64,000 nucleotides of DNA from Bacteroidales bacterium (GTDB taxonomy: Bacteria; Bacteroidota; Bacteroidia; Bacteroidales; Muribaculaceae): contig SUXJ01000003.1 of NCBI GenBank assembly GCA_015061005.1, positions 103,129-167,128 on the forward strand, written 5' to 3'. Within the stretch, counting starts at the first letter, position 1. Every line of letters starts with the position of its first letter. This document shows, in pieces, positions 1 through 10,001 of this stretch. The notes beneath the pieces are model-generated. The model did no database searches, was not told the DNA's origin, and was given only the letters and a program-made list of their open reading frames with translations. Made by a program: the position numbers and the translations under genes.

Positions 1-311
1 AAACCGGCGAATATCTTGAACAGCAGTGCTTTTCCCTCCATTACGGGTTTGCCGGCTTCCGGGCCGATGTTGCCCAATCCGAGCACAGCCGTGCCATTTG
101 AGATTACAGCAACGAGGTTGCCCTTGTTGGTGTAGTTATACACATCGGCGGGGTTCGCTTCGATTTCCTTGCAGGGGTATGCCACCCCCGGAGAGTATGC
201 CAAAGCGAGGTCGTTTTGAGAAGAGTAGGGCTTGGTTGGTTCGATTTCAATTTTTCCGGGACGTGGAAACTTATGATAATCAAGTGCTTCTTGTTTTGTT
301 ACAGATGCCAT
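1..311 (-). CDS. maeB: NADP-dependent malic enzyme, N-terminal part (gene runs off the window start)
   Basis: My own reverse-strand translation starts at ATG (complement of 309-311) and gives [47 protein letters not shown]...[28 protein letters not shown]. This carries the malic-enzyme YSPGVA and GLGNIG signatures. It is absent from the ORF track because it has no stop in the window. Confidence 0.8.
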   Translation of the reverse strand, partial: MASVTKQEALDYHKFPRPGKIEIEPTKPYSSQNDLALAYSPGVAYPCKEIEANPADVYNYTNKGNLVAVISNGTAVLGLGNIGPEAGKPVMEGKALLFKIFAG

Positions 312-359
312 AAGGGAAAAAAGTACTACCGTAAAATATGAAGGGGAATGAGTATTGGA

Positions 360-1703
360 TTAGAATCCGGTGTAGGACTGAGGAGTGATTGCTCGCAATT
401 CTGCTTTCACATCATCGGAGACTTCGAGAGTGTCGATGAATGCATTGATGCTTTCAGGGGTGATTGCGGTGTTTACTCGAGTCAGAGCCTTTAGGGTTTC
501 ATAGGGGTTGGGATAACCTTCGCGGCGCAGGATTGTTTGAATGCCTTCAGCCACAACTGCGTAGTTGTCGTTCAAGTCGCTGAGGATTGCGTCTTCGTTG
601 AGCAGGAGTTTTCCAAGTCCTTTTGCCGTGGAAGCAATGGCGATGAGAGTGTGAGCCAAAGGCACGCCGACGTTGCGCAGCACGGTAGAGTCGGTGAGGT
701 CGCGTTGCAGACGGCTAACGGGTAGTTTTTCTGCCAGATGTCCGAACACGGCATTGGCTATTCCGATGTTGCCCTCGGAGTTTTCGAAGTCAATGGGGTT
801 GACTTTGTGAGGCATCGCAGATGAGCCCACTTCGCCGGCTTTGATGCGCTGCTTGAAGTAGTTCATGGAGATATACATCCAGATGTCGCGGTCAAGGTCG
901 AGAATGATGGTGTTGACGCGGCGGAGGGCATCAAAGAGTGCAGCGAGATTGTCGTAGTGTGAGATTTGAGTGGTGGGATATTCGCGTACGAGTCCGAGTT
1001 TTTCGCGGAGGAAGTTTTGGGCGAAGGCATTCCAGTCCACTTGGGGGAAGGCAACGGCGTGGGCATTGAAATTACCCGTTGCACCGCCGAATTTGCCGCT
1101 GATGGGAGTGGCTTTGAGGAGTGCCAATTGAGTTTGCAGGCGGCTCACGAATACCAGAAGTTCTTTGCCGAGTCGGGTAGGGCTGGCGGGTTGTCCGTGA
1201 GTGTGGGCGAGCAGGGGCACGTCGCGCCACTGAGCGGCGAGGTCTTCAAGCTGCACAATGAGGGCGTCGATTGCCGGGGCGTAAACTTCAACGATGGCAT
1301 CGCAGATGCTCATGGGCACAGCGGTGTTGTTAATGTCTTGACTTGTCAGTCCGAAGTGGATGAATTCCTTCCATTGTTCGATTTCAAGGGCGTCGAATTT
1401 TTCTTTGAGGAAGTATTCCACGGCTTTCACGTCATGGTTGGTGACGGATTCGATTTCCTTGATGCGAGCGGCGTCTTGAACGGTGAAGTTTTCGTAGATG
1501 GCTCGCAGGAGGGGGAATACCGTTGGTGGAACCTCGCGGAGCTGGGGCAGGGGGATTTCGCATAAGGCGATGAAATATTCCACTTCAACTCTTACGCGAT
1601 AGCGAATTAGAGCATATTCTGAGAAAAATTCGTCAAGGCGTTCGCATTTAGAGCGATAGCGTCCGTCAACGGGCGAAATTGCGGTCAGCTGATTCAGTTC
1701 CAT
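360..1703 (-). CDS. purB: Adenylosuccinate lyase
   Basis: 447 aa ORF. It has the fumarate-lyase superfamily signature GSSAMPHKVNP and a typical PurB N-terminus (SPVDGRY). Confidence 0.95.
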   Translation of the reverse strand: MELNQLTAISPVDGRYRSKCERLDEFFSEYALIRYRVRVEVEYFIALCEIPLPQLREVPPTVFPLLRAIYENFTVQDAARIKEIESVTNHDVKAVEYFLKEKFDALEIEQWKEFIHFGLTSQDINNTAVPMSICDAIVEVYAPAIDALIVQLEDLAAQWRDVPLLAHTHGQPASPTRLGKELLVFVSRLQTQLALLKATPISGKFGGATGNFNAHAVAFPQVDWNAFAQNFLREKLGLVREYPTTQISHYDNLAALFDALRRVNTIILDLDRDIWMYISMNYFKQRIKAGEVGSSAMPHKVNPIDFENSEGNIGIANAVFGHLAEKLPVSRLQRDLTDSTVLRNVGVPLAHTLIAIASTAKGLGKLLLNEDAILSDLNDNYAVVAEGIQTILRREGYPNPYETLKALTRVNTAITPESINAFIDTLEVSDDVKAELRAITPQSYTGF

Positions 1704-1736
1704 GATTAAAAAATACGTATTTGATGTTTATAGGTG

Positions 1737-1744
1737 CAAAGTTA
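1737..1744 (-). promoter_or_regulatory. Bacteroidetes -7 box TAACTTTG upstream of purB
   Basis: Exact TAnnTTTG match about 34 nt upstream of the purB ATG. Confidence 0.6.
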
Positions 1745-1757
1745 CGAATTTTTTTTG

Positions 1758-1765
1758 TAACTTTG
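1758..1765 (+). promoter_or_regulatory. -7 box TAACTTTG upstream of tRNA-Arg
   Basis: Exact TAnnTTTG match 18 nt upstream of the mature tRNA 5' end. Confidence 0.6.
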
Positions 1766-1782
1766 CAGTCGAAAAACTAAGG

Positions 1783-1856
1783 GGTCGCGTAGCTCAGTTG
1801 GATAGAGCAACAGCCTTCTAAGCTGTGGGTCTTGGGTTCGAATCCCAACGCGATCA
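1783..1856 (+). tRNA. tRNA-Arg (anticodon TCT)
   Basis: Hand-folded cloverleaf. Acceptor stem GGTCGCG/CGCGATC has one G-T pair, the D-loop is AGCTCAGTTGGATAGAGC, the anticodon stem-loop is ACAGC-CTTCTAA-GCTGT, and the T-arm is TTGGG-TTCGAAT-CCCAA. No CCA is encoded. Confidence 0.9.
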
Positions 1857-2076
1857 CGATGAGAAAAATCGCTAAGTTTCTTGGCGGTTTTTTTGTTGTC
1901 GATTTTTAGAAAGGAAGAGAGTCCCGGCATGGCTTGTGAGCTCTGCCGGGACTCAAGTCGAGGATAGGGTTATTGAAGGGTTATTTTTGTATGAAAAGGT
2001 TTTGTTGGTTGTCGTAATGATAACAATGGCAGTGCCGATATTGTTTAGTGAGCGCAGTTCGTTTTTTTTAGTTTGA

Positions 2077-2084
2077 TACGTTTG
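2077..2084 (+). promoter_or_regulatory. Orphan -7-like box TACGTTTG with no annotated gene downstream
   Basis: TAnnTTTG match in the 394-nt gap. It points toward the hairpin at 2196-2224. A chance occurrence is plausible. Confidence 0.3.
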
Positions 2085-2195
2085 CTATAAAATTTCGATG
2101 ATTTTGTGTGTTTTGCTTTTTGACTATTTTGTGTCGTTATAAGATGAGAGGAGGACGGAATGGTAATTGGATTAGGGAGATGGCATATAAGAGCA

Positions 2196-2224
2196 GAGCG
2201 GCTGCCCGGGGTGGGCAGCCGCTC
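2196..2224 (-). terminator. GC-rich hairpin downstream of rpsA
   Basis: Perfect 12-bp stem GAGCGGCTGCCC/GGGCAGCCGCTC with a 5-nt loop, 27 nt after the rpsA stop. There is no clean U-tract on the minus strand; a T-rich run follows on the plus strand. Confidence 0.6.
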
Positions 2225-2250
2225 ATTGCGTTTTGTTTGCTTATGAAAAA

Positions 2251-4035
2251 TTATTCGCCTTTGGAGAGTTTGTCCTTGAGAGCTGCGAGAGCTTCGAGGT
2301 CGCCAAGGGTTGTTTTTTCGGGAGCGGGGAGCGCGTTAGCTTCTTCTTGCTTGGGAGCGCGAGCTGCGCGAGCCTTGCGTTGTTCAGCTTTGCGTTCAGC
2401 CTTGGTGTCGTCTTCGTGGATGCGGCTGTGGCTGAGGATGATGCGGCGGTTTTCTTTGTTGAATTCGATTACTTTGAATTCGAGTTGTTCGCCAGCTTGA
2501 GCCTGAGAGCCGTCAGCTTTAACGAGGTGGCGGGGAGTAGCGAAGCCTTCAACGCCTTCACCGAGAACTACAACGGCACCTTTTTCCATGAGTTCGGTGA
2601 TTGTGCCTTGGTGGATTGTGCCAACAGCGTAGTCACTTTCGAGAGCTTCCCAAGGATTTTCTTCGAGCTGTTTGTGGCCGAGAGAGAGACGACGGTTTTC
2701 TTTGTCGATGTCGAGTACTTGAACTTCGATAGTGTCACCGATATTGGTGAATTCGCTGGGGTGTTTGATTTTCTTGGTCCAGCTGAGGTCGCTGATGTGG
2801 ATGAGGCCGTCAACGCCTTCTTCGAGTTCTACGAATACGCCGAAGTTGGTGAAGTTGCGAACCTTTGCGGTGTGGTTGCTGCCAACGGGGTAGCGTACTT
2901 CGATGTCAGCCCAAGGATCTTGTTTGAGCTGCTTGAGGCCGAGGCTCATCTTGCGTTCTTCGCGGTCGAGGGTGAGGACAACGGCTTCGATTTCGTCGCC
3001 TACCTTCATGAAGTCTTGAGCTGAGCGTACGTGCTGGCTCCAAGTCATTTCGCTAACATGGATGAGACCTTCAACGCCGGGAGCTACTTCGATGAATGCA
3101 CCGTAGTCAGCCATAACGACTACGCGACCTGTGATTTTGTCGCCCACTTTGAGGTCAGCGTCGAGCGCGTCCCAAGGATGGGGTTGAAGTTGCTTGAGAC
3201 CGAGGGCGATGCGTTTCTTTTCGTCGTCGAAGTCGAGGATAACAACGTTGAGAGTCTGGAAGGGCTCAACGATTTCGCTCGGGTGAGAAACGCGACCCCA
3301 ACTGAGGTCAGTGATGTGGATGAGGCCGTCAACGCCACCGAGGTCGATGAATACGCCGTAAGCGGTGATGTTTTTAACTGTGCCTTCGAGAACCTGGCCT
3401 TTTTCGAGTTTGGCCATGATTTCTTTCTTCTGTTGTTCGAGTTCAGCTTCGATGAGGACTTTGTGAGAAACAACAACGTTGCGGTACTCTGGGTTAACTT
3501 TAACGACTTTGAATTCCATGGTTTTGCCCACGAAAATGTCGTAGTCGCGAATGGGCTTAACGTCGATTTGAGATCCGGGCAAGAATGCTTCGAGGCCGAA
3601 TACGTCGACGATCATGCCGCCTTTTGTGCGAGCGCGCACATAGCCTTTGATAACTTCGTCGGCAGCCATGGCTTCGTTAACGCGGTCCCAAGCGCGAGCA
3701 GCGCGAGCCTGACGGTGGCTGAGTACGAGTTGACCTTTTTTGTCTTCGTGGTTTTCGATGAACACTTCCACTGTGTCGCCGACTTTGAGATCGGGGTTGT
3801 AGCGGAATTCGCTCATGGGGATGATGCCGTCGCTCTTGTAGCCGATGTTAACCACAGCTTCGCGCTTGTTCATTGCGATGATGGTACCTTCGATTACTTG
3901 TTGATCCTTAACCTGACTGAGCGACTCGTCGTAGGTTTTGGTGAGTTCCTCACGTGACTTGTCACCGGTAGAGATGCCGTTTTCAAATGCATCCCAATCG
4001 AAGTCAGCGATGGGGGTTGTTAATTGGTTTGACAT
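2251..4035 (-). CDS. rpsA: 30S ribosomal protein S1
   Basis: 594 aa with six tandem S1 RNA-binding repeats (repeated G.V..i..fGaFV.l motifs) and a basic C-terminal tail. Confidence 0.95.
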   Translation of the reverse strand: MSNQLTTPIADFDWDAFENGISTGDKSREELTKTYDESLSQVKDQQVIEGTIIAMNKREAVVNIGYKSDGIIPMSEFRYNPDLKVGDTVEVFIENHEDKKGQLVLSHRQARAARAWDRVNEAMAADEVIKGYVRARTKGGMIVDVFGLEAFLPGSQIDVKPIRDYDIFVGKTMEFKVVKVNPEYRNVVVSHKVLIEAELEQQKKEIMAKLEKGQVLEGTVKNITAYGVFIDLGGVDGLIHITDLSWGRVSHPSEIVEPFQTLNVVILDFDDEKKRIALGLKQLQPHPWDALDADLKVGDKITGRVVVMADYGAFIEVAPGVEGLIHVSEMTWSQHVRSAQDFMKVGDEIEAVVLTLDREERKMSLGLKQLKQDPWADIEVRYPVGSNHTAKVRNFTNFGVFVELEEGVDGLIHISDLSWTKKIKHPSEFTNIGDTIEVQVLDIDKENRRLSLGHKQLEENPWEALESDYAVGTIHQGTITELMEKGAVVVLGEGVEGFATPRHLVKADGSQAQAGEQLEFKVIEFNKENRRIILSHSRIHEDDTKAERKAEQRKARAARAPKQEEANALPAPEKTTLGDLEALAALKDKLSKGE

Positions 4036-4094
4036 AAAGTTAATTAGTTAATAAAAAAATGTGAATTGTTTGGTCTTTTGCGTAAAAACCGGCG

Positions 4095-4102
4095 CAAAGA
4101 TA
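4095..4102 (-). promoter_or_regulatory. -7 box TATCTTTG upstream of rpsA
   Basis: Exact match about 60 nt upstream of the rpsA ATG. Confidence 0.55.
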
Positions 4103-4120
4103 CGAAAAAATATTGAGATT

Positions 4121-6127
4121 TCAATTATTTGCGTCTTGATTTCCTTGCTCGGGTTCTTCAGTAGGGTTTTCGGGTATGAACGGAGGGGGAGTTTCGGCTT
4201 CTTTAGCGCGCAGGATTTCTTCGGTTCGAGAGGTCCATTGTCGTTTACCGAATATCTTTTCAACGTCTTCCGTGAATATTACTTCTCGGGCAATGAGAAC
4301 GTCGGCAAGTTCGCCGTGTCCGTCGGCTTTGGCGCGGAGTAGGTCTTTGGCGCGTTCATATTGTTCGGAGATTATGCGCGAAACTTCCCGGTCGATTGCC
4401 TCTGCACGGTCTTCGGAGTATGGTTTTGAGAATCCGTAGGCTTGGCCCGTTGAGTCGTAGTAGGATATGTTTGGGATTTTGTCGCTCATGCCGTAGTACA
4501 CAACCATTGCGTAGGCTTGTTTTGTGACACGTTCGAGGTCGTTGGCGGCTCCGGTGGAGATATGGCCGAGGAAGAGTTCTTCGGCAGCTCGTCCGCCGAG
4601 TGTGGAGCATATTTCGTCGAGGAGTGCTTGCTGGGGGACTATTTGTCGTTCTTCGGGCAGGTACCAAGCGGCGCCGAGGGCTTTGCCGCGCGGCACTATG
4701 GTGACTTTTATGAGCGGATTGGCGTATTTGAGATGCCAAGAAACAGTGGCGTGACCGGCTTCATGGATTGCGATTGCACGTTTTTCTTCGTCGGTCAGGA
4801 TTTTGGAGCGTTTTTCCAATCCTCCGATTATGCGGTCAACGGCATCGATGAAGTCCTGACGCTCAATCATCTTTTTGTTGTTGCGAGCTGCAATGAGGGC
4901 GGCTTCGTTGCAAACGTTGGCGATGTCTGCTCCGGAAAATCCGGGCGTTTGTCGAGCCAAAAGGTCAACGTCGAGTTCCGGTTCAATTTTTTTGTTGCGC
5001 AAGTGAACGTTGAATATTTCCACTCGGTCATTCAAGTCGGGCAGGTCCACGTAGATTTGGCGGTCGAAGCGTCCTGCGCGGAGCAGTGCTTTATCGAGGA
5101 TGTCGGCGCGGTTTGTTGCGGCAAGAATGATTACGCCGCTATTTGAACCAAATCCGTCCATTTCGGTGAGGAGCTGGTTGAGGGTGTTTTCTCGTTCGTC
5201 GTTTGCTCCCATGTTGGCGTTTTTGCCGCGCGCTCTGCCGACTGCATCAATTTCGTCGATGAAAACTATACATGGGCTTTTTTCTTTGGCTTGGCGGAAG
5301 AGGTCGCGTACGCGGCTTGCACCAACGCCGACAAACATTTCAACGAAGTCTGAGCCGCTCATTGAAAAGAAAGGCACGTTAGCTTCTCCGGCAACGGCTT
5401 TGGCAAGCATGGTTTTACCGGTGCCGGGAGGGCCTACGAGTAGTGCCCCCTTGGGGATTTTTCCGCCAAGGTCTGTGTAGCGAGACGGATTTTTGAGAAA
5501 TTCAACGATTTCTTCTATTTCGGTTTTTGCTTCATGCAATCCGGCAACGTCTTTGAAGGTGACTTTTTGGTCGTTGTCTTTGTCGAACACTCTTGCTTTG
5601 CTTTTGCCGACTGAGAATACGCCGCTATCGCTGCCACGTCCCATTTTGCGCATGAAGAATACCCAGAATAGAATCAGCAGAAGGATGGGACCGAATCCCC
5701 AGAGGAGGCTTGAGTAGTCCGAGGCATCGTCGTAGGAAACTTTTCCGGAGAAAAATCCGTCGGCTTCCCATTGTTTGATTTCATTTTCAAATGTTTGGCT
5801 ATCGCCGAATTTAACGGTGACTTTGCCTTGGGCAGTGCTGCCGTTGCGTTCTGCATCGGTGAACTCTGCTTGAGTGGCCTCTTTTGTGAGCGTTCCGATG
5901 GCTTCTTTCTTGTTTCGGAGTACTTCGATTTTTTCAATGGCACCTTTTTCCACGAGTTCTTCAAAGTCGTTGAAGCTCTCGAGTTGGCGAGTCAAAGTGC
6001 TTCTGTCGGAAAAGAAGATAATACCGAGGAAACCGAAAATCAGTACGTACATCCAGAGGATGTTTGGTCTCAGTTTTTGCAGTCCGGACTTTTTGCCGGG
6101 TTTTGCCGGTTTGTTATTTTGTGGCAT
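4121..6127 (-). CDS. ftsH: ATP-dependent zinc metalloprotease FtsH
   Basis: 668 aa. Contains Walker A GPPGTGKT, the AAA second region of homology, the zinc motif HEAGHA, and an N-terminal TM/periplasmic domain. Confidence 0.97.
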   Translation of the reverse strand: MPQNNKPAKPGKKSGLQKLRPNILWMYVLIFGFLGIIFFSDRSTLTRQLESFNDFEELVEKGAIEKIEVLRNKKEAIGTLTKEATQAEFTDAERNGSTAQGKVTVKFGDSQTFENEIKQWEADGFFSGKVSYDDASDYSSLLWGFGPILLLILFWVFFMRKMGRGSDSGVFSVGKSKARVFDKDNDQKVTFKDVAGLHEAKTEIEEIVEFLKNPSRYTDLGGKIPKGALLVGPPGTGKTMLAKAVAGEANVPFFSMSGSDFVEMFVGVGASRVRDLFRQAKEKSPCIVFIDEIDAVGRARGKNANMGANDERENTLNQLLTEMDGFGSNSGVIILAATNRADILDKALLRAGRFDRQIYVDLPDLNDRVEIFNVHLRNKKIEPELDVDLLARQTPGFSGADIANVCNEAALIAARNNKKMIERQDFIDAVDRIIGGLEKRSKILTDEEKRAIAIHEAGHATVSWHLKYANPLIKVTIVPRGKALGAAWYLPEERQIVPQQALLDEICSTLGGRAAEELFLGHISTGAANDLERVTKQAYAMVVYYGMSDKIPNISYYDSTGQAYGFSKPYSEDRAEAIDREVSRIISEQYERAKDLLRAKADGHGELADVLIAREVIFTEDVEKIFGKRQWTSRTEEILRAKEAETPPPFIPENPTEEPEQGNQDANN

Positions 6128-6129
6128 AA

Positions 6130-6486
6130 TTAGTCAAGGTCGGGTATTTCAGTGATTTTTCCATCGCTCCAAAGTTCTTCAAGATTGTAGCGTTCGCGTT
6201 CCAAGGGGGCGAATATATGGACCAAGGCAGAGCCGTAGTCCAACACTATCCATTGGGCGTTTTGGTAGCCGTCGTAGTTATAAGGCTTAATGTTGCCATG
6301 CTCGATGAGGTAGTCTCTTACGGCATCGGCAACAGCGCCGACGTGGGTTTGTGATGTTCCCTCGCAAATGAAGAAGTCGGGTGCGGGGCTTGATTCGATT
6401 TGGGCGAGGTCAATATGGACTATTTTGCGTCCTTTGCGCTCTTGGATGCCCTGAATTATTAGTTCAGTGAGTGGTAGAGTTGTCAA
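6130..6486 (-). CDS. rsfS: Ribosome silencing factor RsfS (start proposed at in-frame TTG; the track ORF extends to 6603)
   Basis: The C-terminal ~118 aa match the RsfS/iojap pattern (RKIVHIDL...FFICEGTSQTHVGAVADAV...WIVLDYGSALVHIF). A TACTTTTG -7 box at 6517-6524 lies inside the longer ORF, which favours the short form. There is no in-frame ATG downstream of it. Confidence 0.8.
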   Translation of the reverse strand: MTTLPLTELIIQGIQERKGRKIVHIDLAQIESSPAPDFFICEGTSQTHVGAVADAVRDYLIEHGNIKPYNYDGYQNAQWIVLDYGSALVHIFAPLERERYNLEELWSDGKITEIPDLD

Positions 6487-6516
6487 AAGATTCAGTGTTT
6501 GAGGGTAAAAACAATG

Positions 6517-6524
6517 CAAAAGTA
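6517..6524 (-). promoter_or_regulatory. -7 box TACTTTTG upstream of rsfS-ftsH
   Basis: Exact match about 31 nt upstream of the proposed TTG start. Confidence 0.55.
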
Positions 6525-6636
6525 CGTAAAAAAAATTATTCTTCCAATTTAACGTCGGGAAGCGCAGGAAGTTTGATTTGAGAAACAGCAAAAAATATGC
6601 CAAAATGAATTTGTGGGAATTTTGGAGAAAATTGCG

Positions 6637-6644
6637 TAAATTTG
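6637..6644 (+). promoter_or_regulatory. -7 box TAAATTTG upstream of valS
   Basis: Exact match 26 nt upstream of the valS ATG. Confidence 0.6.
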
Positions 6645-6669
6645 CAGTCTAATTATTTAAAGTTAAAAT

Positions 6670-9306
6670 ATGAACGAATTGCCTACCAAGTATTCTCCCG
6701 CAGAAGTGGAGGACCGACTTTATAGTTTCTGGATGGACCATAATCTGTTTCATTCAGAGCCGGATGCACGTGAACCCTATACGATTGTGATACCTCCGCC
6801 AAACGTGACGGGAGTGCTCCACATGGGTCATATGCTGAATAATACGATTCAGGATATTTTAGTTCGTAGAGCTCGCATGGAGGGCAAGAATGCTTTGTGG
6901 GTTCCCGGGACTGACCATGCGTCAATCGCGACAGAAACCAAAGTTATTGCGAAGCTTGCAGAACAAGGTATAAAGAAGACTGATTTGACTCGCGAGGAAT
7001 TCTTGGAGCATGCATGGGATTGGACTCGAACGCATGGAGGTATTATTTTGCAGCAACTGAGGAAGTTGGGGGCAAGTTGTGACTGGAGTCGCACAGCGTT
7101 TACCATGGATGAGTCTCGCTCGGAATCGGTTACGAAAGTTTTTTGTGATCTCTATGACAAGGGTCTGATATATCGCGGCTTGCGCATGGTCAACTGGGAT
7201 CCGAAGAATCGCACTGCGATTTCAGATGATGAGGTTAACTACGTTGATGAGCATTCAAAGCTGTATTATTTACGCTATTATGTGGCGAATGATCCGGAGG
7301 GTCGCTATGCCGTAGTGGCAACAACGCGTCCGGAAACTATTATGGGTGATACGGCGATGTGTATTAATCCCAAGGACCCCAAAAATGAGTGGCTTAAGGG
7401 CAAGAAGGTAATAGTTCCTTTGGTTGGACGTGAAATCCCTGTTATTGAGGACCGATACGTAGAAATAGAATTCGGAACCGGCTGCTTGAAGGTTACTCCG
7501 GCTCATGACAAGAATGACTATATGCTTGGAAAGACGCATAACCTTGAAACGATTGATATTTTCAACGAAGATGCGACTTTGAATGAGAATGGCGGTAAGT
7601 ATGCCGGCATGGACCGCTTTGAGTGTCGCAAGCAGATAGCACAGGATTTGGCAGATGCTGATTTGCTTGAAAAGACTGAAGATTACAACAATAAGGTGGG
7701 TTATAGCGAAAGAACAAAAGTGGTGATAGAGCCTCGGTTGTCGCAGCAGTGGTTCATCAAGATGAAACACTTTGCGGATATTTCGTTGAAGCCCGTTATG
7801 GATGACATAATTCGCTTTGTGCCCGAGAAGTATAAGACAACGTATCGCATCTGGCTTGAAAACATTCAGGATTGGTGCATAAGTCGTCAACTTTGGTGGG
7901 GTCATCGCATTCCGGCCTATTACTTCACCGATGCGTCGGGTGAAACAAGAATTGTTGTGGCACCCACTATTGCTGAAGCCCTTGAGAAGGCTCGCAAGAT
8001 TGCCGGTAAGGAATTGACTGAGTCGGATTTGGCTCAAGATGAGGATGCGCTTGACACATGGTTCTCCTCATGGTTATGGCCTGTTACTCTTTTTGACGGT
8101 ATCAATAATCCCGGCAACGAGGAACTGAAATATTATTATCCGACAGCTACGTTGGTTACCGGTCCTGATATCATATTCTTCTGGGTGGCACGTATGATCA
8201 TGGCCGGATATGAATACGTTGGCAAGCAGCCGTTTAACAATGTGTACTTCACCGGTATTGTTCGCGACAAGATTGGGCGCAAGATGAGCAAATCGCTCGG
8301 CAATTCGCCGGATCCGTTGGAGTTGATTGCAACGTATGGTGCCGATGGTGTGCGCATGGGTATGATGCTTGCAGCACCGGCCGGTAATGATATTATGTTT
8401 GATGAGAAACTATGCGAGCAAGGACGTAACTTCTGTAATAAGATATGGAATGCATTCCGCTTGGTGAAGGGGTGGCAAGTTGACGAGACCCTTGAACAGC
8501 CTGCGGCATCGAAAGTGGCCGTTGAGTGGTTTGACGCCAAGGTGAAGGCTTGTGCGGCAGAAATGACCGATTTGCTGTCAAAATTCCGCATTTCGGAGGC
8601 GTTAATGTCGGCGTATAAACTGTTTTGGGATGAATTTTCGTCATGGTATTTGGAGATGGTAAAGCCTGCTTACGGCTCGCCTGTTGATGGCAAGACCTAT
8701 AAGGCGACTTTGGATTATTTCGACCGAGTGCTCAGGTTGCTGCATCCGTTCATGCCGTTTATTACTGAAGAACTATGGCAGCACCTTGCTCAACGCGGCG
8801 AAGGCGAAAGCATTATGTATGCGCCGCTTCCCGATGCCGAACTGACTAACGAAGGGGTATTGTTAATGATGGACCATGCCAAGGAGGTCGTTAACGGCAT
8901 TCGCGGCGTGAGAGCTCAGAAACAAATTGCGCCCAAGGTGGCGTTGACCTTGCAAATTGTTGGTGAGATGAGTGAACCCGAAAAAGCCGCAATATGCAAA
9001 CTTGCCAATCTTGACAGCATTGAAGTCGTTGGTGCCAAGACCAAAGGCGCGGCAGTTTTCATGGTAGGTACTCAAGAATATTCCATTCCGATGCAGGAAG
9101 CCGGAGTTGACATAGAGGCAGAGCGTGCAAAATTGCTCAAGGACCTTGATTATGAACGCGGATTCTTGGCATCAGTAGAGAAAAAATTGAGCAACGAGCG
9201 GTTTGTTGCCGGGGCTCCGGCAGCCGTTGTAGAGGCCGAGCGTCGCAAGCAAGCAGATGCACTTCAGCGAATTGCTGCAATCGAATCATCTTTGGCCGCT
9301 CTTTGA
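6670..9306 (+). CDS. valS: Valine--tRNA ligase
   Basis: 878 aa. Carries the class I HIGH-type motif ([13 protein letters not shown]), KMSKS, and a C-terminal coiled coil. Confidence 0.97.
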   Translation: MNELPTKYSPAEVEDRLYSFWMDHNLFHSEPDAREPYTIVIPPPNVTGVLHMGHMLNNTIQDILVRRARMEGKNALWVPGTDHASIATETKVIAKLAEQGIKKTDLTREEFLEHAWDWTRTHGGIILQQLRKLGASCDWSRTAFTMDESRSESVTKVFCDLYDKGLIYRGLRMVNWDPKNRTAISDDEVNYVDEHSKLYYLRYYVANDPEGRYAVVATTRPETIMGDTAMCINPKDPKNEWLKGKKVIVPLVGREIPVIEDRYVEIEFGTGCLKVTPAHDKNDYMLGKTHNLETIDIFNEDATLNENGGKYAGMDRFECRKQIAQDLADADLLEKTEDYNNKVGYSERTKVVIEPRLSQQWFIKMKHFADISLKPVMDDIIRFVPEKYKTTYRIWLENIQDWCISRQLWWGHRIPAYYFTDASGETRIVVAPTIAEALEKARKIAGKELTESDLAQDEDALDTWFSSWLWPVTLFDGINNPGNEELKYYYPTATLVTGPDIIFFWVARMIMAGYEYVGKQPFNNVYFTGIVRDKIGRKMSKSLGNSPDPLELIATYGADGVRMGMMLAAPAGNDIMFDEKLCEQGRNFCNKIWNAFRLVKGWQVDETLEQPAASKVAVEWFDAKVKACAAEMTDLLSKFRISEALMSAYKLFWDEFSSWYLEMVKPAYGSPVDGKTYKATLDYFDRVLRLLHPFMPFITEELWQHLAQRGEGESIMYAPLPDAELTNEGVLLMMDHAKEVVNGIRGVRAQKQIAPKVALTLQIVGEMSEPEKAAICKLANLDSIEVVGAKTKGAAVFMVGTQEYSIPMQEAGVDIEAERAKLLKDLDYERGFLASVEKKLSNERFVAGAPAAVVEAERRKQADALQRIAAIESSLAAL

Positions 9307-10001
9307 TGAAAGCATTGTTGCTGATAATGGTCGGTTGGATTCTGGTCGGTTGGATTCTGGTCGGTTGTGCCGGAGCTAAGGCATGGACTGTTCCAACCGA
9401 TTTACATTCCGGCTCTGCAGTTGAGATGGTTAACACTGCAGCTGCTGCCGGGCGACTAAGCGATTTGATGATTGCCACTGAGGAGCAGTTGTTTGATTCC
9501 GATGAAATGCGTTTTGCCGAGTTTTTGAGGGCCGCTCTTGCCAGCGGCAAACTCAGCGAGAGCGAAGTCTCGACTGCGGAGTGGATGCTGAATGATGTTT
9601 GTGAGCTGAATGCCCCCGGCTCTCGTGCGGTGGATTTCGAATTTAAAACACCGGACGGACAAGAGCATACTTTGTGGGAATACTTGCCTCAGAAGGCTTT
9701 ATTGTTGGTGATATATGACCCGGATTGCGGCAGTTGTAAGGCTACGCTTAGCGCCTTGTCAGACTTGACAGACGAGATTACGGTGCTTGCGGTGTGCGTT
9801 GAGGCTTCGGAGCAACGTTGGTCACAGACGCGCGATTTGCTCCCACAGAGTTGGCACAAAGGTTTTGACTGCGATGGCATACTGTATAATGACTATTATG
9901 TGATACGTTCGATGCCGGGCATTTATTTGCTTGATGGCGAACGCAACGTGATAATGAAACATCCTAAAATTGAGCAGTTGCTCGAACAATTGAAGAAATG
10001 A
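9306..10001 (+). CDS. Thioredoxin-fold (TlpA/AhpC-like) lipoprotein
   Basis: Signal peptide with lipobox LVGC and a CxxC motif (DPDCGSC). The likely ATG at 9306 sits immediately after the track TTG at 9303. Confidence 0.65.
   Translation: MKALLLIMVGWILVGWILVGCAGAKAWTVPTDLHSGSAVEMVNTAAAAGRLSDLMIATEEQLFDSDEMRFAEFLRAALASGKLSESEVSTAEWMLNDVCELNAPGSRAVDFEFKTPDGQEHTLWEYLPQKALLLVIYDPDCGSCKATLSALSDLTDEITVLAVCVEASEQRWSQTRDLLPQSWHKGFDCDGILYNDYYVIRSMPGIYLLDGERNVIMKHPKIEQLLEQLKK
9329..9367 (+). repeat. 15-nt tandem repeat (GGTCGGTTGGATTCT x2 plus a 9-nt partial copy) in the signal-peptide coding region
   Basis: Read directly from the sequence. It encodes VGWILVGWILVG. Confidence 0.9.

Noticed and set aside
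26-313. 95-aa plus-strand ORF at the window start.
   Set aside because: It is antisense to a much better reverse-strand reading frame that translates to a canonical malic-enzyme N-terminus. Its own product is Cys/Arg/Pro-rich nonsense.
1857-2250. Integrated-element remnant next to tRNA-Arg (tRNA 3' ends are common att sites).
   Set aside because: The gap holds no repeat of the tRNA 3' end, no integrase fragment in any frame and no compositional break that I can see.
2233-3957. Long plus-strand ORFs (263 and 308 aa) opposite rpsA. Similar antisense ORFs lie opposite purB (966-1565), valS (7270-8037), ftsH (4517-5146), rseP (47147-47788), the LRR gene (36113-36649) and patB (14337-14861).
   Set aside because: They are mirror-frame artefacts of strongly codon-biased genes. 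The products are repetitive (F/V/E/A-rich) with no recognisable motifs, and every one lies entirely inside a well-supported gene on the other strand.
6487-6603. N-terminal 39-codon extension of the rsfS track ORF.
   Set aside because: The extension is hydrophobic nonsense with no similarity to RsfS, it contains a perfect -7 promoter box, and RsfS proteins are about 115-120 aa. I prefer the in-frame TTG at 6486.
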